Virus record (IMG/VR): IMGVR_UViG_3300019371_000141
Direction: 5' to 3' (one strand)
From: an uncultured virus (IMG/VR IMGVR_UViG_3300019371_000141)
Taxonomy: Duplodnaviria; Heunggongvirae; Uroviricota; Caudoviricetes
Length of the DNA: 64,000 nt
This document shows positions 1 through 12,300 of this stretch, in pieces (the stretch's first letter is position 1; each line of letters begins with the position of its first letter). The notes beneath the pieces are model-generated. The model was not told the origin of the DNA. It ran no database searches and saw only the letters and a list, made by a program, of their open reading frames with translations. A program made the position numbers and the translations under genes.

Positions 1-1
1 T

Positions 2-1084
2 GCTTCATCAAGCAGTCTGAAAGTTGATGAACTTGCCGAGAAAAAGAAAAATCAGAAGAAGTCGCTGATAAAGCTAGGAACAATGGGCGTTATCACGCTG
101 ATCCTGTTTATTTTCTCCTCGATTGCGTGGTTTACCATGAATAGGGATGTAAGTAGTGGGGGTATGGGGGTGAAAACTGTAGGTTCATTGTATGAATTAC
201 AGACCTCCGGAACCACTGCTACATATGCCTACCTTCTCAATGATGAGGCACTTGGGTATTCCTCTGGAACGGAAGTAAGTCCAGGAGTCTTCAGGACTGG
301 TTCAACTGGGAAACTTACCCTGATGCTTGCATCCGATGATGACCCGATGAACTTAGGCCTTCAGCCGGGACAACGTGGTTCATTCTCATTTACGATAGTT
401 CCGAATGATGAAATGGCAGGGGATTCAAACAGTCAGCTTCAAGTAAATTATACAATAAGCATGAAGGGGTATTATCTTTCGGCGAGTAAGAAAGAAGCCA
501 TTATGGTCTATAATGAAATAATTGCTGAGGGTGGAACCCCAACTGCTGAACAGACGGCTGCCGCTGAGATTACTTTTAGTGATCTTCATCTTATTGATGA
601 TTTAACTGCTGGGGAAGGCGATAACGATAATTATCTTGCCGCAAGAAATCTTATGAATGGTCATCTGTTGTTTTTTGATGACTATACTAATTCAAAGTAT
701 TCTGATCTGATTGACTTTTCGATTCCTGGCGAAGCCAAAGTTGATTTCGGAAACACAAAAACAGTCACAATAAACTGGATATGGCCGGAAACATATGCGG
801 ATATTGTAGATGATAATGACACTGTAATTGCGACGGATTATCTTGATGATGTGGTCGATTACATTGTAGATAATGAGAATTACTTCTTTTACGACCTGAA
901 CAAATCTAAAATCACGGGTTTGGATGATGGAGAATTAACGAGCGGAGCTGTTGTAAATGAAAACAATTATCTTCCGTTCAGTACCGGATATAATAATGCA
1001 GACCAGTGTATCGGTGAAAATGTACAGTTTGTTTTAATTGAGATAACAACGGATGGTTCCGTTGTTGCAAAGGAAGAACCATAA
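2..1084 (+). CDS. Secreted protein with SipW-type signal peptide (5'-truncated by the window edge)
   Basis: The frame is open from base 2 (...EKKKNQKKSLIKLGTMGVITLILFIFSSIAWF): basic N-region, hydrophobic helix, then AWF. The mature part is acidic and beta-rich. Confidence 0.7.
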   Translation, partial: ASSSSLKVDELAEKKKNQKKSLIKLGTMGVITLILFIFSSIAWFTMNRDVSSGGMGVKTVGSLYELQTSGTTATYAYLLNDEALGYSSGTEVSPGVFRTGSTGKLTLMLASDDDPMNLGLQPGQRGSFSFTIVPNDEMAGDSNSQLQVNYTISMKGYYLSASKKEAIMVYNEIIAEGGTPTAEQTAAAEITFSDLHLIDDLTAGEGDNDNYLAARNLMNGHLLFFDDYTNSKYSDLIDFSIPGEAKVDFGNTKTVTINWIWPETYADIVDDNDTVIATDYLDDVVDYIVDNENYFFYDLNKSKITGLDDGELTSGAVVNENNYLPFSTGYNNADQCIGENVQFVLIEITTDGSVVAKEEP

Positions 1085-1133
1085 AGACTAACTATGAATA
1101 GCGTGAAATTATGCAGGAAAGGGGGATGAACAG

Positions 1134-1967
1134 GTGAAAAAGAAATGGAAGCAATTTTGTGAATTGCCGATAACTAAGAAAATCATGCTTATTATTTCGC
1201 TTGTATGCACAATTTCATTAATCATTGTTATCCCTGTTCTTGCATGGTTCTCAAACAGAAGAGAAGCGGCAATAATGGCAAAGATTAATTCTCCCACCAC
1301 ATTGTACATATATGCTGGAGGTCAACAGGAGGATGCTGCTTACATTAACCTTGGAGATATTGAAATCGATGAGGACAACTTGAATGATGAGTCAAAAAGG
1401 TATAAAGAATACATTTTCTGTATTGCAGGAAAGGATGTTTCATATTATGACATTCAGCTGGCGCATACAACGAATATCCCCTTTACTTATGAACTCTATC
1501 ATGCGTATGATGTAACCGATAGTGAAAATGCTACTTATATAGCTGATTCTGTTGAATACAAATCAGCAGAAATCGAAAATAAAAGTTATTATTATTCGTA
1601 TGGTGACAGAAGTTATGTTGGTTCGACTGGAAGAGCATCTGTTAAAATTGAAGGTGACTATTTGAATCGGACAAGTGCCGGAGTTTCTGACGGAACAATA
1701 GATTTTCAAAGTTATGATACAGACAATACTGATGAGGATGGAGTTAAGGATAATGTGCAGAAAAATGCATACCCTGTATACTGGAAGAATACGAGTAGCA
1801 TATCGGTATATAGGGAGCCGATAGATAATACTCTTATGAACAAGATAAAATCTGAAGGCTTCAGTGATTACTATATACTTAGGGTTTCTTGGGATTCAAA
1901 TATCAATCTGGCTTATAAAGAAACAGATATTGTGTATATAACAGCCAGAGTAGGAAGCTCAAACTGA
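1134..1967 (+). CDS. Secreted protein with SipW-type signal peptide
   Basis: GTG start after a purine-rich RBS; MKKKWK... then a hydrophobic helix ending PVLAWF. Confidence 0.7.
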   Translation: MKKKWKQFCELPITKKIMLIISLVCTISLIIVIPVLAWFSNRREAAIMAKINSPTTLYIYAGGQQEDAAYINLGDIEIDEDNLNDESKRYKEYIFCIAGKDVSYYDIQLAHTTNIPFTYELYHAYDVTDSENATYIADSVEYKSAEIENKSYYYSYGDRSYVGSTGRASVKIEGDYLNRTSAGVSDGTIDFQSYDTDNTDEDGVKDNVQKNAYPVYWKNTSSISVYREPIDNTLMNKIKSEGFSDYYILRVSWDSNINLAYKETDIVYITARVGSSN

Positions 1968-2017
1968 TAGAAAGTAAAGGATATTTACAATAAAATTGAT
2001 GGAAGGAGTGTTATGCA

Positions 2018-3343
2018 GTGCCAAAGAAAGTTAAAAGCTATTTAAAAAAATACGGACTCGTCATATGGATGGTTCTAGCTATTCTGGCGCTGGTATCTAC
2101 GATTTCCTTTGCTGCATGGACAAGAGTAAAGCGTGTTAAGAGAGTTGTCTCCATTCAGTCCGAAACAGGTATGCGTTTTTCTTCAAACTATATGAGTGCA
2201 GTTACTCCCGTTCAAATACGTAATGTTGCAATGGGTTCTGAAGATAGTGCAAATGTTGAAATTGTTGTAAGAAACTATGCAACAGGTAATGTATCGAGGG
2301 TATATCCTTATACTTTCACATATACATTAAAGGCAACACTTTGTGATTCGAGTGGGAATCCAGTAACGAGTAATGATGCTACTTTTGTAAACTATAGTAT
2401 AAGAACTATTACAGACAGAACGGTTCCTACGTATGGTACTCCTATAAATTTCTCGGCTCAGACAGTTGAAGGACAAACCAATTATATTGCTACTATTCCA
2501 GGCAATTCGTTGACGGGTGGCGGCATGGATGAGGATTATTTTCTTCTTACTTTTGACGATGGGCAAAAGCAAGTTACCGTACCCACATATTATGTATTGC
2601 TTGAAGCTGTTTTGGATGAGTCCGGTGAAGACATAGAAGATTTGGCGGGATATGTTGGTTTGTATGCTAAAACTTCGAGAAATGGATGGAGTTTGAATGC
2701 AGCTGATGATCAGTCAAAGACATTCGGCGATTTTCATGGGTTTAATTATTCTCTTTCTGGTTCCGGAGAAGGGGTGGCAAAGATAAGCTGGAATCCGGAT
2801 GAGCTAAGTATCAGTAATCTGTTTCTTGAAGAAATAGGAGGAAGTGTTGCTAATGACTCACAGAATTCTGGGATGAAATGCGTTACATTTCCAGTGAATT
2901 CCAGTGATATAAACTACTATGATGTTCAGTTTTATAAAACTGAGGATTTTGACTTATCTGCATGGAGTGCAATGGCAGTAGGAGGCAACAATGTCAAGTT
3001 CTCTTATGATGATGCGAAAACTGTGACTATGACATATGGCGGAAACGCTGTGGAAGATAAAATTACTGTGTTGCAGGGAACTAATGTAACGATGACGTTG
3101 TCTGCCGGGTATGATTCGCTGTATTCGGTTACTCTTAATGGAACAACTTATACTGTTAGTACAACGGGAGATTCTACATCGGTAGCTTCCGGCAATATTA
3201 CATTAACAAGATCTGGAACAAATACAATTGTTACGTTTGCTTCTGCCGGATTACAGTCAGGAGATAATGCTTTTGCAATAAAATTCTATGAGAACGGTGT
3301 TCTTAAAATAGCTTCCGGTTCGATTGAAGTTGGATCGGAATAA
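2018..3343 (+). CDS. Secreted beta-rich protein with SipW-like signal peptide
   Basis: AAGGAG RBS; MPKKVKSYLKK... then a hydrophobic helix ending SFAAWT; Ser/Thr/Gly-rich C-terminal region. Confidence 0.7.
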   Translation: MPKKVKSYLKKYGLVIWMVLAILALVSTISFAAWTRVKRVKRVVSIQSETGMRFSSNYMSAVTPVQIRNVAMGSEDSANVEIVVRNYATGNVSRVYPYTFTYTLKATLCDSSGNPVTSNDATFVNYSIRTITDRTVPTYGTPINFSAQTVEGQTNYIATIPGNSLTGGGMDEDYFLLTFDDGQKQVTVPTYYVLLEAVLDESGEDIEDLAGYVGLYAKTSRNGWSLNAADDQSKTFGDFHGFNYSLSGSGEGVAKISWNPDELSISNLFLEEIGGSVANDSQNSGMKCVTFPVNSSDINYYDVQFYKTEDFDLSAWSAMAVGGNNVKFSYDDAKTVTMTYGGNAVEDKITVLQGTNVTMTLSAGYDSLYSVTLNGTTYTVSTTGDSTSVASGNITLTRSGTNTIVTFASAGLQSGDNAFAIKFYENGVLKIASGSIEVGSE

Positions 3344-3374
3344 AAGATGCTCAGGTGGTATGAGAGGTGATATT

Positions 3375-6300
3375 ATGAATAAAAAAGGCATGAGGAGAAA
3401 AATGAAAAAGCTTGCAAGAAGGACATTCAGTCTTCTTGTTGCTTTTGCTATGCTCATAACGACCATTCCATGCCTTGATATGATTGAATGGTTTAATAAG
3501 AATGCCACGATGGTTGTTTATGCCGCCAGAGCAGAGGGACAAACCCAGTCATTCAGTAGCCTTAATGAGTTTATTGAATATACTTATGATATTCATAATG
3601 AATCAAATTCCGAAACAACCGGATATCAGGGGCATCAGTGTGATACTATCAATATCACTGTTACAAGCGGTGAAATTTATCAAATATGCAATACCAGCAA
3701 TGGAAAATCATTTTATCCCCTTGGAAGCGTAGATTATCCTTTTGCTGGAACGCTTCAGATTTCAGCCGGCGGATCTGCAACAACACAATTAAACCTTCAA
3801 AGTTCTCTTTTTGATTATGTCTACGATACTGCCAAAATAATTGATACTACTGGTAATTTTCTTGAACTCTCTCTGTCAAGGGCTGAAGGTGGTTACGGTG
3901 TGCTTTTTGCAAATCATGTCGTTGATGACCCTGAAGATGCGAATAATACAAAAGCAACCGCAAACAAATGGATGCTTAAAACTGTATGCTATGAAAATAT
4001 GGCATATGGTGAGAGCGGGTACATGGAATATGAGAATGTATCGTTTAGCGGTCTTATTGATACTATAGAATCAGGTGCAATTGTTAATCTTGAAGTTGTT
4101 AACAATAATGCCTTGACTCATTCAACAGGATTTACATCCGTAACTGCAAGCGGAAACGCTGGCTTGCTGTGCGATACTCTAAATGGTACTCTAAATGTAA
4201 ATGCTATTTCCGGAACAAATACCAGCTATAGCATTACTGCATCCAATGGAAGTGCTGGAGGTCTTGTCGGAGCTATGGGTTCGGGTTCTGTACTGAACTT
4301 GAATTATACAGGCACATTCGGACTTGATGATACGAATAGTGTTGATCCGTCTATAACTGCAACAGCAAATGTCGGTGGTCTTGTCGGTAGTGTTAACGGA
4401 GGGAAGATAAATATTTCTTCTGGAAAATTCACAATAGATTCTTATACCTTAGAATCTTCTGGAACAAGCACTTATGCCGGTGGTCTAATAGGTTCATATA
4501 CAAATAACAACAATAACAACAGCACTATTACTACAGAAATTTTTGATTTTACAACGAATTGGAATGTTACTAATTGTGATATACAAGCGGATATGACTGG
4601 CGGAGTAATCGGTCACTATACGAACAATATTGCTACAGCAACAGTAACAAATTCAACTACATCCACATTATCAACGTCTTGTTCGACAGGAACGGCAGGA
4701 GAGACATATTATCATGGGGGAATTATCGGTCAGTATGACTGCGATTCTCTGACTCGTTCTCTTGTTTTTGATAATGCCGGTGTTTCTTTCACTTGCCCAC
4801 TTGATACAGTAAAGGCCGGAGCCATTGCGTTTGTCGGAAGTACATCTTATGTCAAAGCATCTGACTTGACGGTTAATATGACTGTGTCAAATAATACACA
4901 TGCAGGAGGTGTCATAGGCGTTGTCTCTGATACATGTGATTGTATGCTTGATTTTGGAACAGTCACAGTAACTTCAAATGACTTGGCGGCAGGTCTTGTT
5001 CAGTCTTTAAACACCAGTGTTCTGCGCCTTTCTGGAACTACAAATCTTTCAGCTGCAAAAGCACTACCGGGAAGTACAAACTATGGTCAGCTAGTTGGAA
5101 AAAGAACTAGAGGACTTGTTTATGCTTTGGGAACCGGTGCAGATGCGACACCATCTTACGGAAGCGGATGGAGTTTTATTAGAAGCACTACCGCTACAAA
5201 TGCTGACGATATTGGCTCCTGGGGTGAGGTTTTACGCCCTGACGGAACTAAGATATCATTAGTTGGTCTTGAGAGTAGTAACGGGGCTAATACAGGTATT
5301 CTTGACTATAATTCAACTGCGCATACCGTAAGAGTTGCGGCTCCTGCATATGCTGACGATAAGTATACCATAGCTAACGCAGCTGCATTTACGAAATTAG
5401 CTTTGAATTACCAGATTAACACTGAATCAAGCTACAGCGGAGCTATCACCTTTGAGACAAATGGCCTAAGCTCAACAATAGCCGGACGTGACATCGATAT
5501 TACGGATAATATAAATCTTTCAGATATCGGTATTACCGGATTTACAAGAGATAACAATGAAGGCAGTAGTTATACAGGTGCTCTTACTGGAAATAATAAG
5601 ACGGTCACTCTTGCTATAGGTGAAGCCTATGGTATTAGGAACGGTTCTGAACTTACCACTGACGGAGTTCAAGGGAGCGGAAAGATATACAGACATTCAC
5701 GCCTGGGATTATTTAATAGTATAAATGCGGCTACCGTCAGCAATATCACAATTGCGGGTAGTGTTAATGCGGAATTTACTCTTTCTGCATATGCTGGTGG
5801 ATTGGCGGCTTATGCTTCAGGTGCGTTTTTGGTAACATCATTAACTGCAACTGAAGGATTAAATATTAAACACAGTGCAGGTGATAATGTAGTACGCGTT
5901 GGCGGAATAATAGGAAATGTTGGAAATGATAATGCAAGCACATCTGCCTCAATATCTTCAAGTACCAGTAATTTAACAGCGTCACTCGATATTACTGAGG
6001 CTGGACGTATTTTTTCCTATGGTGGTTACATTGGATATATTGATGATTCTAATGCAACATATACCTTTACATCTGATACTATTAGCGGTTCGGTAAGCTC
6101 TGCAAGTGCATTTACTAATATGCATGCTGGAGGATTGGTTGGAGATACAGCTTCTCAAAAGACCAGCACAGACCTTAGAAATCTTGTAATTAACGGAGTT
6201 ACAGTTCAGAATTATACGCAGACGAATAATGCTACAAAGACGGCAGGTGGGGTGCTCGGTTACTCGTGGCCTAATACAAATGTGACTTTTACTGACCTTG

Positions 6301-9300
6301 ATGTATCAGCAACAACAACACTTTCTATGACCGGGAATAGTGATGCTTATTCCCATGAGTTTGCCGGCCTTGTTTATCGTGCCACCGGTTATTGGAAAGT
6401 CGATGATATAGATTTAAACGCTTTGACTGTTACGGACAGCGGATATACAACGTCATTCGGTCTTTTGGTAAACAAAGGAACTAATGTTGATAGCGTAAAA
6501 AGTGGTATTTATCTTGAATTGACTTCTACGTCTGCATATACTATCAGCAGTAGCAATGTAAGCATTACCCTTGGAAGCAAAAGAGCTTCTGATTTGATTT
6601 TTGATGAGTTTGTGGCTTTCAGCTCAGACTATACAACAAGAGATATTACTGAAAAAAATGACAAGAATGAAGATGTTACGATAGGTACTATGCCTGAGAA
6701 CACCAATGTGATGAACAATTCACAGGGTGTAGTATCAATCCGCACCAGCGGAGATGCCATTAATATGAGCAGTGGAAACTGCAATACCTATCAGAACGTT
6801 ACCAAGAATGGCGGAAGCACAGAGTGGCCTGTAAATAAGTATACAAGATATTACTATAATCTTGATTATATAAGTGGTATTTATGCACAGGAATTAGCTG
6901 CGGCGGCAGAAGAAGGTGAAGAAGAGGAAGAAGAGAATAATGTTGCAGCTTCTGATGGACAGAAACTTCTCCTTTGGAGTGTTAATACTTATGCGGCTGC
7001 AAATATAAAGAATAAGTTTGCTAATCCATACAGTTCAGATGGTATTTCTGGAACTGATTTTGATATGGTTGGTTTGTCGTATTATCCTGTTAACTGGGAA
7101 GATTCTTCTGTTTCGATAGGCGATATGGGCAATATCAAGTTTTATAACTCGGAGATAGAAACAAGGGAGAAGTATACCCATTCGACGAATTCAGCTTATG
7201 ATAATCATTTAAGAGTAACAAGCGGTGCAGATCAGTCGCATACACAGCATTACATGATGCATTGTGGCTTGTTCAGAAATGTCACTGCTGATATGACAAT
7301 TGACGGCGATTTATCTTTTGCGGGAAATATTGGAAAGGTTAATAACGGATCTGGAGCTTTAATTTGCGGAACTATCTTAGGTGACTCAGATGCTCAGATA
7401 AGAACTAATTATTCAAATGCCTCAAAGACGATAGAATTAAGGGGAATATATGTAAATTCTTCGACTGCATGGAGTGACTATGCCCCTTTGCTTGTAAATC
7501 AGGTAGGTAGCTATACTAATTTTACGCTTTATGGTGTGTTTACACCAAAAGATGACGAAAATGATGTCTTTTATTATAACAGGGACGATGCTCGGAGCGG
7601 TCAGGCTGCTACGAGTCTTGTGGGAAATGCGGGCAACTCCAATATATCAATTGTTTTTTCAAAAATCAAACTTGATTCAAGAACCACGGATTATGAATAT
7701 AGCAGTAATTCAACTTATCTTAGTGATTTGACAGATGAATACAATACGGACTATTCTATATTCACGAAGTCTACATTATTAAATCAATTTGCATATAATT
7801 CAACTGGAAACTGTACCGGTTCTTATAATTATACATGGAATGAAGACTGGGGTACGGGTAATAGAAATGTAACTTATGGCTATGAAGTGTCAGAGTCTGT
7901 TGAGCATCAAGATTCAAATGGAGATAGTGAAGAAAACTGTTATTTGGGTGATGCACGATATACTGATCCATATAGTGATGATGCTTCATCAGAATTTGAT
8001 TTTTCATATGGTATATTACCATATGTATATCAAGGATATGTGGCGGATACGTATCATGAGCTCGCTGTTAACCTTGCCAGTGCTGATATTGAAGAAGGTT
8101 GTGGAACGTATAATGACCCTTACGTTATTTCGACACCAAAACAGCTGGAAACAATTGCAAAACTCATAGAAGGAACAATGCCCGCTGATGGATTTGTAAT
8201 CAATTACCCAAGCACTGCTGCTCTTTCAAATGGTTGGTGTACAGCAACTACCAGTGGTGAAACAACAACATATGATCATATTACCTATACTTATCTGAGC
8301 GATATTGATGGGTTTTATTCTGATGCATCCACGCCTTCCGGTCAGCTTGCAACGGCAACTTTAAGGCAGCATCTCGCCGGAGCTTATTACATGATTACCG
8401 AAGATCTTGATCTTTCAAGTTCTTTTGTCGGTATGGGTGCATCGATGGGTGATGACAATAAGCAATATGCTTTCAGAGGTATTATTGTCGGAAAGGGAAC
8501 AACAGAAACAGTTAATGGAGAAGAAGTCACAACTTATCCGACAGTTACAAACCGTTCGATTTATCCATTTGTAAAAACCAGTAATGGTAGCGTTGTGAAG
8601 AATCTTTCAATAACCGTTGACGGACTGTATCTTAATCCTGGAAATACATCTACATTTACATATGGATATGGTGAACTGAAGAGTTATGGCGCTGTTATGG
8701 GTCAGATTATGGGTGGCGATAACATCATTGATAATGTTCAAGTTGCGTTTAGCGATGATTGTGAAATCTGTCTTAATGGAAGCTTTGATCAGCTCTATCC
8801 GGTAGGCGGGTATGTTGGTACGATCGTCTGTGGCGGACTGTTTTTCAGACATATGTCCGGCGATATTGATGGCCTTGGTGCAGACAGTACCATTGTTAAT
8901 GATGGTGCTGGTAATGATGACCTTGTAAGCAGCGATAATATGAAGTGGCTCTACGTAAATTCGATCATTGGTAGGGTCTTAAATGGTTATGCCGTAACGG
9001 AGACTACAAAATATAGACCATTTGAAGATGGAACAAGAACATTCCCGGATGGCTCTAAGACGTACTGGAACGATACAGCTTTTATTGAACTCAAAGCTTC
9101 TAGTGCAAACTTTGCTTCATTGGACGAAAGCTATACTGCAACGGCTAAAGGCGTTACAATGCGTAATAGCACAAAGAATTATTCTATCGCTGATATCATT
9201 AAACCTTCTGATGATTCTACAAAGCTTGATGTAAGCAAGCTGTTCAAAACGAATACTAAACATGTAGGAACAACTATAACGTTTCCGAATGCTCAGTCAA

Positions 9301-12300
9301 TGTTAGTGCTCTCTATGCTTACACAGAGCAACTGTACCAATTCATACCGAGGAGGCAACGAATTATATCAAAAATATTCGTATCAATGTCGATATGGAAT
9401 AAATCCTTATGGCAATAATGAGTATAAGACCACACATATGGCAGACTATGATGAAGTTGGCCCTGTTACTGATACTGGTATAACAAGCAGTTATGCAGAC
9501 TTTAACGAATCACTTTTAGATGATTATTATGTTCATGATGGAGATAATCAGGCAGGAGCAGAGGCGACAACACTTGTACCATATCTTGTAAAGTATTATA
9601 CAACCCAAAAAGGTGATTATAATACAGGTTATGGTGTATTTAATGTATCATGCCATGCTACACTATGCAATATTGCATTTGGTGGTTTGGGTAATGAAAC
9701 ATGGTACATTCCTGACGGGTTCCGAGGCATTGGTAGTTTATCGCTTGGAGTAAGTAATAATGCTACTAATCCCGCATCTGATATGTGTATAGGTATATAT
9801 GATTTTGCAGGAAAAGGTAATACATTCAGCCTAAATATGGCCTATAATTATTATAATGATGAATTTGAAAATTACAAGGTATGTAATGGATCTTCAGCTG
9901 CAAACTATGGCTTTGGTTTATTCAATGAAATAAATGCAAATATTACAGGCAGAAAAATAGACAATAATGGCACATATACAACTGAAGATAACAATAAGGT
10001 TTATACAATTCATGATTTTAAACTTTCAGGAAACGTTAGCTCTATTGCATACAGTTCTTCGGACGGAAGGGAGTTTGCTTCAAACAATGCAGCGGCGTAT
10101 AATGGAAATAATAAGGGCTTAAGTAAGAATTCTTATAATGCGGTTGGTGCCTTTGCAGGGACCACAAATTCCAGAGAAGCCAATAAGTTTGTATTTGATA
10201 ATATAGAATTAAAAGATGTCTGCGTTCGAGGAACAAAATATGCTGGTGGATTAATCGGGTATGCTTTTCAGAATAATAATATCTATAGTGAAATGATAAT
10301 TAATAACATTTCCTCTTCAAGTCTTGACGTTTCATCGGCTGTTTCGTCAGGAGGTTTGATTGGATATACTAATTCCACAAAAATAACTATTAATGGTGAT
10401 TATAATAATACAGGCACAAATACTGCTTTCGGAATCAAAAATGTGTATAATATTGCCTCTTTTAATAATTCAGATGCTTTGACAGTAGGAGGATTAATTG
10501 GAACAGTTATTGCGGGCAATGCAACCAAACAGATAAAAATATCCAATATTGATATAACAGGCTCAAATAATAATACTGCTGATATTGGTTTGATGACATC
10601 ATCAAATGCTGCAAATAATGCCTCTCGTGTCGGAGGTTTTATAGGATGCTCTGGTGAAACTCAATTAATTGTCGATAATTGTAATGTTAAACGTACAAAT
10701 ATCAATGGTGGTCAAGTAGGTGGTTACGTTGGATATATTTATTACGATATAAAGAATACATCGGCAGTGACTCACACAATAACAAACAGTTCTTTGGATG
10801 CTGATGACAAAACAGTAAAAATCGAGGGAGCCAGAAACGTTGGCGGTATTTTTGGCTACAATTATTCTAAAGAAAACACAGGCAGTAATATCACAGTAGA
10901 TTTGTTTGAGATTAGGAATTATGTTTTAGAAAATGTATTGACCGGTAACGGCAAGGATAACTATAGAAATGTTGGTGGAGTAGGCGGATATTTTCGTCAA
11001 GATGGCACTTCGAGTATCAGTCTGAATCTCAGAAATATATCTATTAAAAATAGCACGGTTAAATCAAATTATACGTCAGAAAATGATAGTGGTCGTCAGG
11101 GAACCGGATTGCTGATGGGATGTATTAGTGCTAATAATGTGTCATATTCCAGAGTTTATGGATATAATATTCTATTAGAAGGTAACAGTTTAGACAGATA
11201 TACTACTTCGAGTTTTAAAAATCCTTCGGCAAATACGCTTATAGGAAACAATTATAACGAACTACCTGTCAAGCTTGTTGGTGTATCTATACAAGGTGGT
11301 ACGATACCTACCACACGATTGGTTGGCAAATATAAACAGAATAATACTACAGAATATCTTGGAAATAGCGGGTATGTTATCCTTGCCGATTACAACGGTG
11401 ACAGCGTATCGACGACTTCTTCTTCACCCAATAAAATATTCTCATTTGCCGGTGACGATAACAATGTTAAGGATTACAATGGAGCTGATGTTATTGACAA
11501 CTACCCATATGTAACTTCAAGCGGATATCAAATGATAGACGGTACACATTTCCTAACCGGAGATGGGGTGGTTTATGACATTGCTGCAACAAAGAATGTT
11601 ACTTGGTCTGATGGAGGTGAAAACGTTTCTGTTGCTTTGATGGATTCTGCATTCGCAAACATTTGTCAGGACATTATCACCGGAACTAAAACTACCAGAT
11701 ATAAACGAACACTGACGGCGGCAGAGGTCGAAGCATGGCTGAATACATATGGCGATAAGCTGACAACCTATAACACAGCTATGGGTCTCACAGGGACAGA
11801 GAATGCACTTTCAGTTGATTTTCCTATATTGCTTGCAGATGATAATACTCCTGCAACATTGACCAATATGATTAATGGTTATCTTCAGATTGTCACAGAT
11901 TCACCAACAACCGAGTATTTTTCACAGTATAATACAACGAAGAACAGTGCAAAAAACTATAAGGTTGAAATCTCGACAATCAGACTTAACGGGTCTTCAT
12001 TTGAGGAAGTAACGACAGATGGATGGACTCCTGCATTGTACACGACAAATGGTCAATACTTCACATTTAGCAATAACAATGTTGACAGTTCGCCTGAAAA
12101 TGTGCAGTTCTCGCTGATCGATGTTCAGTACTATGATCCTTCAAGCTCAAGTGATGAAGTGGCTTATCATGTGTATGTTCCTGTATTGGTAAAGAAAATG
12201 CTTAAGTATAGTTTTAAGGCATCGCCTTTATCAGGCACGGAATACAGAAGTGAGAATTACGAAGATAAGTATAATGTGCCATTAATAGATAGCTTTGGTT